Positions 22,021-33,402 of a DNA stretch of 64,000 bases are shown piece by piece; within the stretch, counting starts at the first letter, position 1; each line of letters starts with the position of its first letter. The notes under the pieces were generated by a model. It saw only the letters and a list, made by a program, of their open reading frames with translations. It made no database searches and had not been told where the DNA came from. The translations under genes and the position numbers were made by a program. Source of the stretch: an uncultured Planctomycetaceae bacterium (GTDB lineage Bacteria > Planctomycetota > Planctomycetia > Isosphaerales > Isosphaeraceae); contig CAWIAD010000002.1 of NCBI GenBank assembly GCA_963833985.1, forward strand, positions 5,792,001 to 5,856,000, written 5' to 3'.

Positions 22021-22689
22021 ATGATGCCGATTGGCGGAGTTCTGCTGGATGTCGATGGTACGCTCGTTGATAGCAACGACGCCCATGCGCGTGCCTGGGT
22101 GAAGGCATTTGCCGCGAACGGGATCGATGTCGGCTTCGAGAGGGTCCGCCGGCTCATCGGCAAGGGAGGCGACAAGGTCCTCAAGGAGATTGCCGGCTGG
22201 GACGAGGATCGGCCCGAGGCGAAACAGGTCAGCGACCGTCGCCGGGAGATCTTCCTGCGGGAGTTCCTGCCGTCGCTTCATGCCTTTCCGAGGACCCGGG
22301 AGCTGCTCGAGCGGATGCGGTCCGATGGGCTGAGGCTCGTCGTCGCCAGCTCGGCGAAGGCCGATGAGCTGGAGCGGCTGCTTGACCTGTGTGGCGCCCG
22401 GGACCTGATCGAGGAGAAAACGTCCTCCGACGACGCAGAACGCTCCAAGCCCGACCCGGACATCGTCGCCGCGGCACTCGGGCAGATTCGCCTTCCGGCC
22501 AGCGGGGTTGTGATGCTGGGCGATACCCCGTACGACATCGAGTCGGCCGCGCGCGCGGGTGTCGGCGTGATCGCCCTGCGCTGTGGCGGCTGGGACGATA
22601 CGGATCTCAAGGGTGCTCTGGCCATCTTCCAGGACCCTGCGGACCTGCTCGACCATTACGACACGTCGCCGCTCGGAAAGGGGCGATAA
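22021..22689 (+). CDS. HAD-superfamily hydrolase
   Basis: Motifs LLDVDGTLVDS, VASS, KPDPD, GDTPYD. Confidence 0.92.
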   Translation: MMPIGGVLLDVDGTLVDSNDAHARAWVKAFAANGIDVGFERVRRLIGKGGDKVLKEIAGWDEDRPEAKQVSDRRREIFLREFLPSLHAFPRTRELLERMRSDGLRLVVASSAKADELERLLDLCGARDLIEEKTSSDDAERSKPDPDIVAAALGQIRLPASGVVMLGDTPYDIESAARAGVGVIALRCGGWDDTDLKGALAIFQDPADLLDHYDTSPLGKGR

Positions 22690-22723
22690 GCACAGGGGCC
22701 CGGTTGGTCCTCCGGTCCGAGGC

Positions 22724-25690
22724 TCACGGACGAGTGATCGGTGCCGCGACGATCGGGTCGGCCGTGAGCTGGGCTGCCGCACGGCGGTCGGCTTCGGCAA
22801 GCTTGTCTTTTCCCTGCTTTTCGTAGACTCGTGCGCGCAGCAGCCGAGCCTCGGCGGACGTCGCTGAGAAGCGTACGGCCTCCTCGGCGTCGGCAAGGGC
22901 ATGCTCGAGGTCCGCCTTCGTCAGAAACGCCTCGCCCCGGGCGAGCAGGAATACCAGGCGGCGTGGGACGAAATCCTCGACGGCGAAGATGTCTGGCCGG
23001 CTGGAATCGACAAACTCCATGAATCTTTTGAGGTCGGCCAGCGCCCGCTCCGTGTCTCCCCGCCGCGCGGAGATGCTGCCGCGGTAGAGGAACGCGCAGG
23101 GCGGCCAGATCGCATGCTCGGCGAGCGTGAGGTTCTTGATCGCCTGGTCGTGGTCGCCGCGCAAGCGATCCAGATAGTAGCCTCTGGATGCCAGCACCCA
23201 GCGCACCGTGTCCGGGTTCTTCCTCGCGACTTCGTCGAAGGCTTTCTCAGCCTCGGCGAAGCGGCTGGCAAGAGCCAGAACAGAAGCCTTCGCGGTCAGC
23301 CAGCTTGCCTTCAACTCCGGTTGCCGCGATGCCGCTTCGGTGAAGTCGGCCAGTGCCCGGTCCCAGTGGCCCAGGCGTGCCAGAGCGAACCCTCGGTAGC
23401 CATGGACCCAGATGATGCTGGGTTGGATGCGCAAGGCTCTTTCGCAGTCGGCGAGTGCTCGAGCGGTCTCGCCCTGCACCAGGTACGCGTGGGCCCGGCC
23501 CGCAAGCGCCCAGCCATACTTGTTTTCGATCAGCTTCGGGTTTCTCGCGATCGCCTGCGTGTAGTCCTCAATGGCGGCCGCAATCTCGCTGAGGCCAAGC
23601 TCGAAGTGGGCCCGAGTCTCATAGGCGATATGCTTGTCCAGGTCGGAGCTGACGCGGATCGCCTCCGCGAAGTCGGCCTTGGCGCTCTGGTAATCTCTCC
23701 GTGATGCGAAGAAGTGTGCCCTGGTAAACCAGAATCGGTTCATTCCCGGAGCAAGCTCGATGGCCCGATTGATATCTGCCAGGGCGCGGTCGTCCTGGCC
23801 CAGGGAGGCAAGGGCCATGGACCTGGTCATGAGCGGCCAGGGGGAATCGGGATAGCGATTGAGGAACTCGTTCAGATCGGCGATCGCAAGCTTCCATTCG
23901 CCCAGCTGGTTGTATGCGGACCCCCGGTGCGAGTAAGCGCCCCAGCAACTGGGGTCGAGGCGCAGCGCCTCGGTCGCATCCGCGATCGAGCGGCGATTGT
24001 CACCGCTGCAATGCTCGACATAGGCCCTCAGCTCGAAGGCCCGCGCGTTCTTCGGATCGAGACGGAGGATCTCCGTGGCATCGGCGATCACCCCTGGCAG
24101 GTTCCAGCAACGCTGATCGGCGTACACGCCGGCTCGCGAGAGCCTCGCGCTGATGTTGGTCGGGTCAAGCTGGATCGCCTCCGAGTATCGGTCGATCGCC
24201 TGCGAGATCTCCCCAAGCCGGAAGGCTCGGGTCCCCAGGGCGGCCAGGTCGAGCGCCTTCCTGGCCGCCTCGGGCGCCACGGCCGCGAAAGCGGGTGCCG
24301 GAGATGCGGAGCGCCGCTCAGCTCCAAGGGCAACGGCTGCCGGGGGGACTGGCGAACGGACGGTGGAGATGGCCGTTTTCTCGGCTTCCAGGGGAATCAG
24401 CGCCAGAGCCGTCTTGGCGTTCCGGGCTGGCTGGAACGACTGATATGCCAGCCAGGCCGCGGCCGCGATCAAGATCGCCGCAAGTCCGCCGATCAGCGGG
24501 ATCGCCAGCCTGGCGCGAGGGAAGAGTCGGCGGGGAGACTTCAGCGATTCGGCCTTCATGGGATCGGCTGACACCAGGCGCGCGGGTTGCTGAAGCTGGG
24601 CCAGATGAAGAGCAAGCTGCTCGGCGACATCCGAAGCGCGCTGAAAGCGCGCCTCCGGGTCCTTGGCCATGAGCCTGGCAACGGTCGCCGCCAGCCACTC
24701 GGGAATCTCCGGGTTCAGCTCGCGGATCGAGCGCGGTGGCTCATCGCTGACCTTGCGCAGCACCGCCACGGTGGACTCGGCGCGGAAAGGCGGCTGCCCG
24801 GTACACATTGCAAAGAGCACGCTGCCCAGACTGTAGAGGTCCGAACGATGGTCCGAGGCCTCCCCTCTTGCCTGCTCGGGCGACATGTAGTGCGGCGTTC
24901 CCAGCACGACGCCACTGTCCGTGATGCTGGCGTCGTCCAGGGCGCGAGCCAGGCCGAAATCGGTGATCTTGACCCGCTCGACGCTATTCTCCAGCAGCAG
25001 GTTGGAAGGTTTGATGTCGCGATGGATCAGCCCCTGTTCATGCGCGGCAGCCAGGCCCGCCGCGACCTGCATGCCGATGCGGAGGATCTCCTTGAGTTCC
25101 AGCGCGCCCTTGCGCTGGATCTTGTCCTGGAGTGATTGACCCGCGACAAATTGCATCACCAGGTAGGGATGTCCCGCAGCCTCGTCGACCGCGTGAATCG
25201 TCACGACGTTCTCATGGCAGACCGCGGCAGCCGCCCGCGCTTCGCGCTCGAACCGCATCCGGGCCGGCTTGCTGGCAGCGAGCGCCGGGGCCAGCATCTT
25301 CACGGCAACGATGCGGCTCAGGCGTTCGTCGAGTGCCCGGAAGACGACTCCCATGCCCCCCTGGCCGATGTGCTGGAGGATCTCATAGGGCCCCAGCCGG
25401 CCCAGCGACCCAGGCCGATCCGAAGGTGCCAGGAACTCCAGCATGGTGCGGACCGCGTGAGGCACGGTCTTCTCATTCGCCGTGGCCAGCGGATCCGCAA
25501 GCAGAGGATCTTCTTGCGTCGCTGTGATCGCACCGGGGGCGCTGGTCGTATCGCTGGATGGCACCGGGCTCTCAAGCCGTCGCGGCGCCTCGCCTCCGGC
25601 CGGGTCCAGGCTTGTCCCCACCTGCCTGTCACAGTCTGGGTAGCCCCCGGCAGACGACACGGTGGAACGCGGGTTCATCGGGATGCTCAT
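22724..25690 (-). CDS. Hanks-type Ser/Thr protein kinase with a transmembrane helix and a long TPR array
   Basis: GQGGMGVV, VAVK, HRDIKPSN, DFG, GTPHYMSPEQ; hydrophobic helix LAIPLIGGLAAILIAAAAWL; many TPR repeats. Confidence 0.95.
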   Translation of the reverse strand: MSIPMNPRSTVSSAGGYPDCDRQVGTSLDPAGGEAPRRLESPVPSSDTTSAPGAITATQEDPLLADPLATANEKTVPHAVRTMLEFLAPSDRPGSLGRLGPYEILQHIGQGGMGVVFRALDERLSRIVAVKMLAPALAASKPARMRFEREARAAAAVCHENVVTIHAVDEAAGHPYLVMQFVAGQSLQDKIQRKGALELKEILRIGMQVAAGLAAAHEQGLIHRDIKPSNLLLENSVERVKITDFGLARALDDASITDSGVVLGTPHYMSPEQARGEASDHRSDLYSLGSVLFAMCTGQPPFRAESTVAVLRKVSDEPPRSIRELNPEIPEWLAATVARLMAKDPEARFQRASDVAEQLALHLAQLQQPARLVSADPMKAESLKSPRRLFPRARLAIPLIGGLAAILIAAAAWLAYQSFQPARNAKTALALIPLEAEKTAISTVRSPVPPAAVALGAERRSASPAPAFAAVAPEAARKALDLAALGTRAFRLGEISQAIDRYSEAIQLDPTNISARLSRAGVYADQRCWNLPGVIADATEILRLDPKNARAFELRAYVEHCSGDNRRSIADATEALRLDPSCWGAYSHRGSAYNQLGEWKLAIADLNEFLNRYPDSPWPLMTRSMALASLGQDDRALADINRAIELAPGMNRFWFTRAHFFASRRDYQSAKADFAEAIRVSSDLDKHIAYETRAHFELGLSEIAAAIEDYTQAIARNPKLIENKYGWALAGRAHAYLVQGETARALADCERALRIQPSIIWVHGYRGFALARLGHWDRALADFTEAASRQPELKASWLTAKASVLALASRFAEAEKAFDEVARKNPDTVRWVLASRGYYLDRLRGDHDQAIKNLTLAEHAIWPPCAFLYRGSISARRGDTERALADLKRFMEFVDSSRPDIFAVEDFVPRRLVFLLARGEAFLTKADLEHALADAEEAVRFSATSAEARLLRARVYEKQGKDKLAEADRRAAAQLTADPIVAAPITRP

Positions 25691-25963
25691 TCGCCGCTCT
25701 CGCTGATTGACAGGTACGGTTGAGGCGATGCTTGTGAAAATCCATGCCATCGCGCCAGCGAGGAACAATGGGATCGAACAATTGTACCCGTTCAATGCAA
25801 GCTGTTGCACCAGTTCGCCAGGGAAAGCTGGATCAAGAGCGAGATCGACGGAAGCGCGCCGCGATTGCCGATGCGGCGCCCTTCGTGGCCCACACCCGTC
25901 TGGCTGATCCGGATTCACCGGTGCACCACATCAGCGGCCGGCTGGCAACAAGCGGCTGGCAGC

Positions 25964-28900
25964 TCAATCCAGGGCGACGCTGAATCGTTCGGTCGCCAGC
26001 AACCGCACCGGTCCGAGCAGGCCAGAGGCAACAGGGACGTCCGTCTTCTTCCAGAGCCGCCAGGCCGTGAAGGTGGAGCGCCCGGTCGGGCTCGTCTTGC
26101 CTTCGTTCAGCCACCGCGGCCATTCCTTGAGCGTGCCATTGGGGTTCCGCGGGCTGTCTTCGGGTAACTGCTCATCGCCGATCAATCGGTTGATCCAGAG
26201 GTTCACCACCTGGACCTCCAGAGCGTTGGAGCCGGGATGCGCGGCGCTGGTCAGGTCCACCAGGTAGGGCGGCTTCCAGACCGTGCCCAGATCCTTGCCG
26301 TTGAGCCTGATCCGGGCCATCACTTCCACCCGTCCGAGGTCCAGGTAGACCCGTCGTGAGGGACCGAACAGCTCCGGTCGCAGCTCGATCGTCCGGGTAT
26401 ATGCCGCCTCGCCGGAGTAGTACTTGATGCCGGGATCGGCGTTTTGCGACCACGACTGGAGCTCCGGGAATGCAGCCTGATTCGCTACACCCCGGCCCGG
26501 CGTGAAACGCACGCTCCAGGGGCCATCGAGCTCCGTCGGCTCGGGGAGCACGGGCACCTCCAGCCGTTTCGATCCCGAGGGGAGTGCCAGCTCGTACTGC
26601 CCTGGCTTCCAGGCCTCGAGCTCGAGCGGACCGTCGGCGCTGCGGTGCACGTCAATCACGCGCTCCTGAGGAGTCCTGCGCCAGGACAATCGTCTCCGGG
26701 TCTTTGGCCTCGGCCGTGCAGGACAGCCCGTCCACGGCGTACTCGACGACCAGGGTCTTGACCACGCCAAATGCAGGGTCGTCACCGGCCGCCATCCTGG
26801 CCACTTCGAAGCGATCCGCGCCGGCATCGACCATGTGCTGGACCTGCGCCCGCACGTCGCGGGTACGTGCAGGATCGCCAGGAACTCCATAAACCGCCTT
26901 GCCAATGACGAGCTTCGCGGCCGGCTTGACGGCTGTGGTCAGGATGGCCTTGCCATCATGCCGAACGCTGGCGACCTGGAAGTTGTTGCCCACCTGGTTG
27001 CGGAACACGACGAATACCGAGCCGCTCGCCTCCAGGGGAACCAGCACCCGGGTGACGCCCGGCTCTTCGGAGTACACCGCGGCCAGCTCCATCCGTCCCG
27101 ATTCGGGGCACCAGAATTCGGGCGCCTTGCCGGTCACGCGGAACGAGCAAACGGCGGACTGGCGGATGGGATTCGGGTTGGACACGAAGTACAGCTCGCT
27201 GTCGCCCAGGGTGCGGTGCAGGAAACGGAGATCCGACGAACTCTGAAAATCGGGCAGGACCCCAGCCGCGGCCAGCACGCGCTCCGGATGGATCCCCGAG
27301 ACGATGCGTCCCTGGCCCAGGCGGTGTTCCTTGACGGCCTTGCCGTCGCAATCGGCCCAGAGTTCGGCGGCAAGCTGCTGGACAAGGGCGTCACATTCCG
27401 GGTATCCACCCAGGCCGGGCGACCTGTTGGGCCGCGAGCCCACCACCGTCGCGCCCGCTGCAACCAGGGACTTGACCTTCCCCAGCAAGGCAGGCGTCAT
27501 CGTGGCCGTTTCCGGCAACACCAGCAGGCGGTAGCTCATGCCGTCGGGGAGCACGAGACGGCCATCGCGCACGGTCATACGCCCGAGCACGACGCCGGCG
27601 TCGCATTCGTCCCAGTTGTAGCCGTCGCGGGGGTGCTCGTGGAACGACTGCGGCGGCGCCTCGGGTTGCAGGTAGCAGAGATCGGCCACGAAGCGCCCCT
27701 GGCGAAGCAGGTACTGGCACCGCGCCAGGTAATCGTGCCAGGGCCTCGTCCAGTTCCACCAGGTCTCGGTGCGCTCGTAATGAATGCCCCACGGTCCCAT
27801 GGTCATGCCCGGCCGCACATCGGCCCAGGGCTGGAGCGCATAGCGGTGGAACACGAAGCGGTTGATGCCCTCGCAGAAGGCACGGTCTCCCAGTGCCTTG
27901 AGCGTCGCCGGGTGCTGGGTCCAGCGCTCGGCGTCGGTGGCGGTGAATGCCTCGGCCCCGATGATCGGCTTGCCGTAAGTATGAGCCGCCGACGCCATGC
28001 CCCGGCAGCTTTCCATGTAGCTGCCGCCGATCCAGAACTCACCCATCGGCTCGTCGGCTTGCCCGGCATAGGGCAAGTGGTCGCACGGGCTACCGTAGGC
28101 CTCGGCCGTGAACCTGAGCCCGCGCTCGTGGGCAAGCTGGCTCATCCGCCCCGCGTAGTTCGCGATCACCAGCTCCGAGATCGTCTGCCGCAGGTCCCAG
28201 AGGAAGCGCTCGGAGATCTCGGGGCTACCCACCACCCGTCCGCTGAGGACCGGCAGGTAGGGCGTCATGGTGTAGCCGCGTCTGCGCTCGAACTCCTCGC
28301 GCATCCGTGCCGTCCAGTTCTGCGTGCCGTTCTCCCAGCTATCAATGTGCGTGGCGACGAGCGTCTTGCCGGCGGCCGGGCCGACGTCGCTGGCCAGCTT
28401 TGCCATCATGCCGGCGAACTGGGCTTCTATCCCCGCGGCGCTGAGCTTGTCGCATTCCAGGCCCCGGCCGCTCGCCGGCGCAGGCTGGTTCACGACGTTT
28501 GTCGTCGTGTGGCCGAACCGCAGGACGACCCATCGGCCTGCCGGGACGTCCCAGGCCAGGCGGCCATCAGCCGCCATCCGCGCGGTCAGGTCGACAACGC
28601 GGTCCTGCGCAATGGCGCTCGGTGCCGCTGCCTGACCCCCGGCCGGCTTCGGGTGATCGCGGCTCTGAAACGCGCCCTTCGCTTCATACTCCGGCAGGCG
28701 GTAGGACCCCGTGTCGGGAACGGCAAGGACGGTGATATCACGGTAGAAGTTCGCCCTGGCCCGAGGCTGCGGCAATGCGCCCTCGTAATGCTTCGGGCCG
28801 GTGATCTGGGTCTCCGTCCAGACGACCTCCTGCATCGACTGCTCGGGCGTGATCCAGGGACCGCCGCTGCCGTTCCAGCCGGCGTCATCATTCATATTGA

Positions 28901-29222
28901 TTTCCAGGCCAAGCCGCCCGGCCTCGGCAACCGCATGGCGGAACATCTCCCGCCAGCGCTCGCTCATGAACGGAACGTTTCCCACGGGCACGCCCTGGTC
29001 GACTTCCATGATGAGCACGCCGCCGATCCCCACGCGCTGCATCGCTTCCAGGTCAGCCGTGATACCCGCCCTGGTGATGTTGCTATTCAGCCAGAACCAG
29101 TAGACCCAGGGGCGAGCGGATGGAGGCGGTTCCTTGAAATTCCTGGCCAGGTCATCGGATGCCATGGCCGGCAGCACGGAAGAAACGGCCACAACCGAGG
29201 AAAGCACGAACATCTTCAACAT
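25964..29222 (-). CDS. Secreted GH106 alpha-L-rhamnosidase-like glycoside hydrolase; frameshift at ~26670
   Basis: RPWVYWFWLNSNIT...ADLEAMQRVGIGG, GLECDKLS, HIDSWE, MGEFW, AEAFT, GINRFVFH; C-terminal GH2-like sugar-binding part LDLGRV...VVNLWINRLIGD...SGLLGPV. Confidence 0.9.
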
Positions 29223-29578
29223 GGTGCGGCTCCTCGCAGCCGGAGGTTCAGGGAGGGTGCGTGCGACGGCGCACGGCATGGATTCGCAGGCGGGTGTGAT
29301 CCACCTCATTGGACCGCTGCCCGCGCGCACAATCAACCCCGCACCGGCCGATGGAGCCCACCACGTGCTTGACCATAGGGCCATTTTCGCAGGACGTACG
29401 ACAGCGCTTGAACCTGCCAGAATTGCCACGATGGAGATTTCCACCAATCCATTGGCGGGATTGACGGGCGGGAATGACTGGCGGGTGGATGAAGCAAGCC
29501 CAGCTGTAGCGGTGGCTTCAACAACGGAGCCAGCCACTACTTGAAGTAAGGGAAACCTGGATGGCTCCACGAGACGAG

Positions 29579-29872
29579 TCAGCCCCGGAACCCTGCCCAG
29601 TCGCAAAAGATTTCGAGGCTTTCGTCCAAATTCCTCGCTCCGCAACGTATCTTGAAGATGCCGCCTGAAAGTAACGCATGTATCCAATCATGCTCATTAC
29701 GTTCGCGTCTTTCCGATGCGAAGTGACGATGTTCACAAGACGTTCCCTTTATATCGATGTCGATCGCCCAACCCGGATTGTCGAGTGTTTGTATCATTAT
29801 GCCATTACAGTGCTCCCAGTCGCCATTGCTCTCGCTTGCGAACCATTCCTGAAGCCGTTGTATCGGCGTCAT
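29579..29872 (-). CDS. Immunity protein 53 (Imm53) family
   Basis: LQEWFASESNGDWEH-x-NGIMIQTLDNPGWAIDIDIKGT...DW...CG..NL. Confidence 0.85.
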   Translation of the reverse strand: MTPIQRLQEWFASESNGDWEHCNGIMIQTLDNPGWAIDIDIKGTSCEHRHFASERRERNEHDWIHALLSGGIFKIRCGARNLDESLEIFCDWAGFRG

Positions 29873-30073
29873 TGCGGTGTCTCCTCAGGGTGGTCAGGGT
29901 GGTTGGGCCACCCACATATCCGGTTCCTACACACGCTTGCAACGAGCGACCCGCTGGTTTCGAGGCTAGTGCCAGCCACTCTTGGAAACAATGGAAAAAG
30001 GATGGCCGCATCTGTCCCTCGTTTGCTGCGTATCAAGCGGCGTCGGCTCACGCTTTCAGCGATCTCTTTATTC

Positions 30074-30428
30074 TCACGCTACGTCACCATTGATCTTGGA
30101 TGTGCCATTCTTGATCTCGTCGCAGATGCGATCAAACCGCTCGAAATACTCGCCCTGGAGAGTCTCCATCGGCAACGAGAACGAGTCGTGCGTGAATCCG
30201 AGACCGAGTTCTCCGGCGAGGTGAGCTGCCTCTCGCTGGAAATCCGGGTAGACGTCACAAGCCGTTTCGAGATCACCTGCGTTGCGCATCCCGTAATCGG
30301 CGACCCACACGCAGTGGATCAGTCGCTCGAAGAGGCGACAGGGCACAGTCGCCGAGGGCAGTCCACTTCGCGATTACGATGTCGCCGGCTTCGATGATCC
30401 ACGTGTCATTGTTGGAAGGACTACTCAT
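30074..30428 (-). CDS. Small acidic hypothetical protein, possibly DMP19/DUF4375-like or immunity-type; frameshift at ~30330
   Basis: MSSPSNNDTWIIEAGDIVIAK...LSPL joins ERLIHCVWVADYGMRNAGDL...EYFERFDRIC. Confidence 0.55.
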
Positions 30429-30686
30429 ACTTCATGACCTCGAGCTCAGTGGAGCTAGCCACGGCTGACCGATCTTGGGGGATTGTGTCACGATTTATCC
30501 ACCGCCGCCAGCTCGGGACCACCTCGATCGCCTGCCCTTGGCGCCGAGATCGCCTGCCGTCTGAGCCATCATGAAGGCGTATTCTCGCCGCTGGACCGAC
30601 ATCTTGAGAAGCCTCGGGGGTGCAGCGGAGCGAATCGCCTTTACGCGCACGGCGCGTCCCCGTGCGGTATTTCTTCCAGGCAACGG

Positions 30687-31898
30687 TCAGGCAAACTGAG
30701 GAATCTTGAGTCGTTCGCCGTCTTTCAGTGCCGACTGGTGGGCGACGATGCCGGGGACGGTCATGTTCAGCGCCAGGGTGATGTCGACCAGGGGTTGGCG
30801 GTCCTCGAGGATCGCTGTGACGAACTCGTTCATGAGGTGGCCGTGCGAGCCGCCGTGGCCCCCCGGATCGACCGAGGGAGGCAATGGTGGACGCTCCAGG
30901 TCGGGCAGCTTCTGCTCCTGGCCGGTATAGCTCATGCCCACCATGAACCCGCGCTGACCGTAGACGCGGCCCGACTCGTGGCCCGGCACGAACGTGTCCC
31001 AGCTCATGGCCATCCGCGCCGTGCCCCCCTCGCTGGTGCGCAGCAGCGCGATCTCGGTGCCAAAGGGGTTCTTGTAACGGTTGTTCTGCGGTTGCAGCTC
31101 CTTGATCAGGCTGGGCATGCCCAGGCACTCGACCGAGGTGAAGCGACCGCCGGTCACAGCCACGTAATACGCGGTGGCGTGGGTGGGGTACCACTGCGGA
31201 GGCAGACCGACGCGCCACTGCTTGTACGAGTCGATCTGCACCGGCGAATGATGCAGGTACTCGCCTTCAGTGTAGACGAGCTTGCCGAACCCGCCGGCCT
31301 TGTAGATCTGCCGCATGGCATGGCAATCGTCGTGGAAGGCCGATGTCTCGAACATCATGTACTTCCGGCCGCTCGACTTGACGGCCTGGTGCAGCGCCTC
31401 GGCGTCCTCCAGCGAGCCGAACACGGCCGGCACGGCAGAGGCGACGTGCTTGCCGTGCTTGAGCACCTCGATGCAGTGGCGAGCATGGCTGGGCGCATCG
31501 GTCGCGACGAAGACGGCTTCCAGCCGGTCGTCCTTCACCAGCTCCTCAAGTGAGGGGTACGTCCTCGTACACCGGCAGGCCTGCGCCAGTGCGGCACAGC
31601 GGTCGGGAAAGAGGTCGCTCACGGCGGCGACCTCGACGTTGGGATGGTCCTGGAAGCCGAACGCCGCGCCGAACTGGCACACGCCGTAGCCGACGATGCC
31701 CACGCGGATGCGCCGGTCACTGACGGGCTGCCAGGCCTGCCGCGGCCGGGTCGAGGTCTTCACGCCCGCGGCGCCCAGGGTCTTCACGTTGGGCGGCTGG
31801 GCCGCTGCCGCTCCTCCAGGCTCGTGGACAGCAACGGCCCCCAGCAAGCCCGCGCCCAGGTGTTTCAGGAGAGTCCGCCGCCCGGTGCTGTCGCTCAT
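30687..31898 (-). CDS. Tat-exported Gfo/Idh/MocA oxidoreductase
   Basis: Tat motif GRRTLLK; IRVGIVGYG; VFVATDAPSHA; GGHGGSH. Confidence 0.9.
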   Translation of the reverse strand: MSDSTGRRTLLKHLGAGLLGAVAVHEPGGAAAAQPPNVKTLGAAGVKTSTRPRQAWQPVSDRRIRVGIVGYGVCQFGAAFGFQDHPNVEVAAVSDLFPDRCAALAQACRCTRTYPSLEELVKDDRLEAVFVATDAPSHARHCIEVLKHGKHVASAVPAVFGSLEDAEALHQAVKSSGRKYMMFETSAFHDDCHAMRQIYKAGGFGKLVYTEGEYLHHSPVQIDSYKQWRVGLPPQWYPTHATAYYVAVTGGRFTSVECLGMPSLIKELQPQNNRYKNPFGTEIALLRTSEGGTARMAMSWDTFVPGHESGRVYGQRGFMVGMSYTGQEQKLPDLERPPLPPSVDPGGHGGSHGHLMNEFVTAILEDRQPLVDITLALNMTVPGIVAHQSALKDGERLKIPQFA

Positions 31899-31964
31899 GG
31901 CCGGCTCCTTCAGGATGTTGAACCGCAAACCATCGAACCGGTGAACGCCGCCGGTCACCCGGCT

Positions 31965-33402
31965 TCAGTCTGCCAGACTCGGATGGCCGGTTCCATCCAC
32001 CTGGCGGCGGATCTCCTGCCAGAGGGCCTCGACGTGACCGCGTTCGGTCCACTCGGCGCCGATGGAGACGCGGACCATCCAGCGGCTGTCGAGGATCGCG
32101 GGAGTGAGGTAGGCTGCGCCCGAGCGATTGACGCGGTCGGCCCAGCCCAGGGTGTGCGCGTCCAGCGCCTCTCCCTCCAGTCCGGCGGGTTCATGGCGGA
32201 TGCAGACCGTTTGCAGTATGACGGGCGCGAGCACGCGCCAGCCGGGGCAGGACCGCACCTGCCCGGCCAGCCAGCGCACATTTTCGATGTCGCGGCGGAG
32301 CCGCGCCTGCAAGGCCGCCACGCCCTCGGTACGAAGCAAGGCCCAGAGCTTCAGTGCCCGGAACCGGCGGCCGAGGGGGATACCCCAGTCGCGGAAGTTC
32401 TTCACCTGGCCGTCGGCGGTCGACTGAAGGTAGCTGGGATTGGTCGACATCACGCGGATCAGGTGCTCCGGGTCGCGGACGAAGTAGAGCGAGCAATCGA
32501 ACGCCGCGCCCAGCCACTTGTGGGCGTTGAGCACCAGCGAGTCGGCGTTCTCGATGCCCTGCCACATCCAGCGGCATTCGGGAAGGATCATGGCCGATCC
32601 CGCCATGGCGGCATCCACGTGCAGCCAGAGGCCGTGGGACCCCGCGATCCGAGCAATGTCTTGCAACGGGTCGACCGCGGTGGTGGTCGTGGTCCCGGTC
32701 GTGGCGACAACGGCGCAGGGCGTCTTGCCCTGGTCCCTGTCGCGGAGGATGGCGGCGTCCAGCGCCTCCGGCCGCATCGCGTAAGTGTCGTCGCAGGCAA
32801 TGAGGCGGAGATTGTCGCGGCCGAACCCCGCCAGCAGCGCGGCTTTCGCGACGGAGCTGTGCGCCTGCTCCGAGCCGTAGACGACCAGCGGTCTGGCCCG
32901 TTCCGACAGACCGCCCCGGCTCATCGCAAAGCCGCTCGAAGCGTTCGCGCGCGCAGAGCAGCGCCACGAGGGTGGAGGTGGACGCCGTGTCCTGGATCAC
33001 ACCGCTCCAGCCACAGGAGAGCCCGACGATCTGGCGCATCCAGTCAGTGACGACCTCCTCGACCTCGGTGAGCGCCGGGCTGGACTGCCAGGAGAGCCCC
33101 AGCACACCCAGACCGGTGCTCAAGAAATCGCCAAGCACACTGGATAAGGAAGCATTGGCCGGAAAGTAACCGAAGAAGCTGGGATGCTGCCAGAGAGAAA
33201 GCCCCGGCAGAATGATCTGCTCGAGATCGCGGAAGATTGCTTCGAATTCTTCCGCGGTCTCGGGTGGGCCGGCGGGCAGTTGTGCCTTCACCTCGCCGGG
33301 AGACACCCGAGCCATCACGGGCCGCTGCTCCAGCGTGGCACGGTCATGCGCAATCCAGTCGATGAGCTGATGGCCAATGATCCGGAATTCCTCGGGCGTC
33401 AT
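31965..33402 (-). CDS. Group II PLP-dependent (aromatic L-amino acid-type) decarboxylase; frameshift at ~32940
   Basis: MTPEEFRIIGHQLIDWIA, WQHPSFFGYFP, HSSVAKA, LHVDAA, NAHKWL (PLP lysine), LGRRFRALKLW. Confidence 0.92.
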
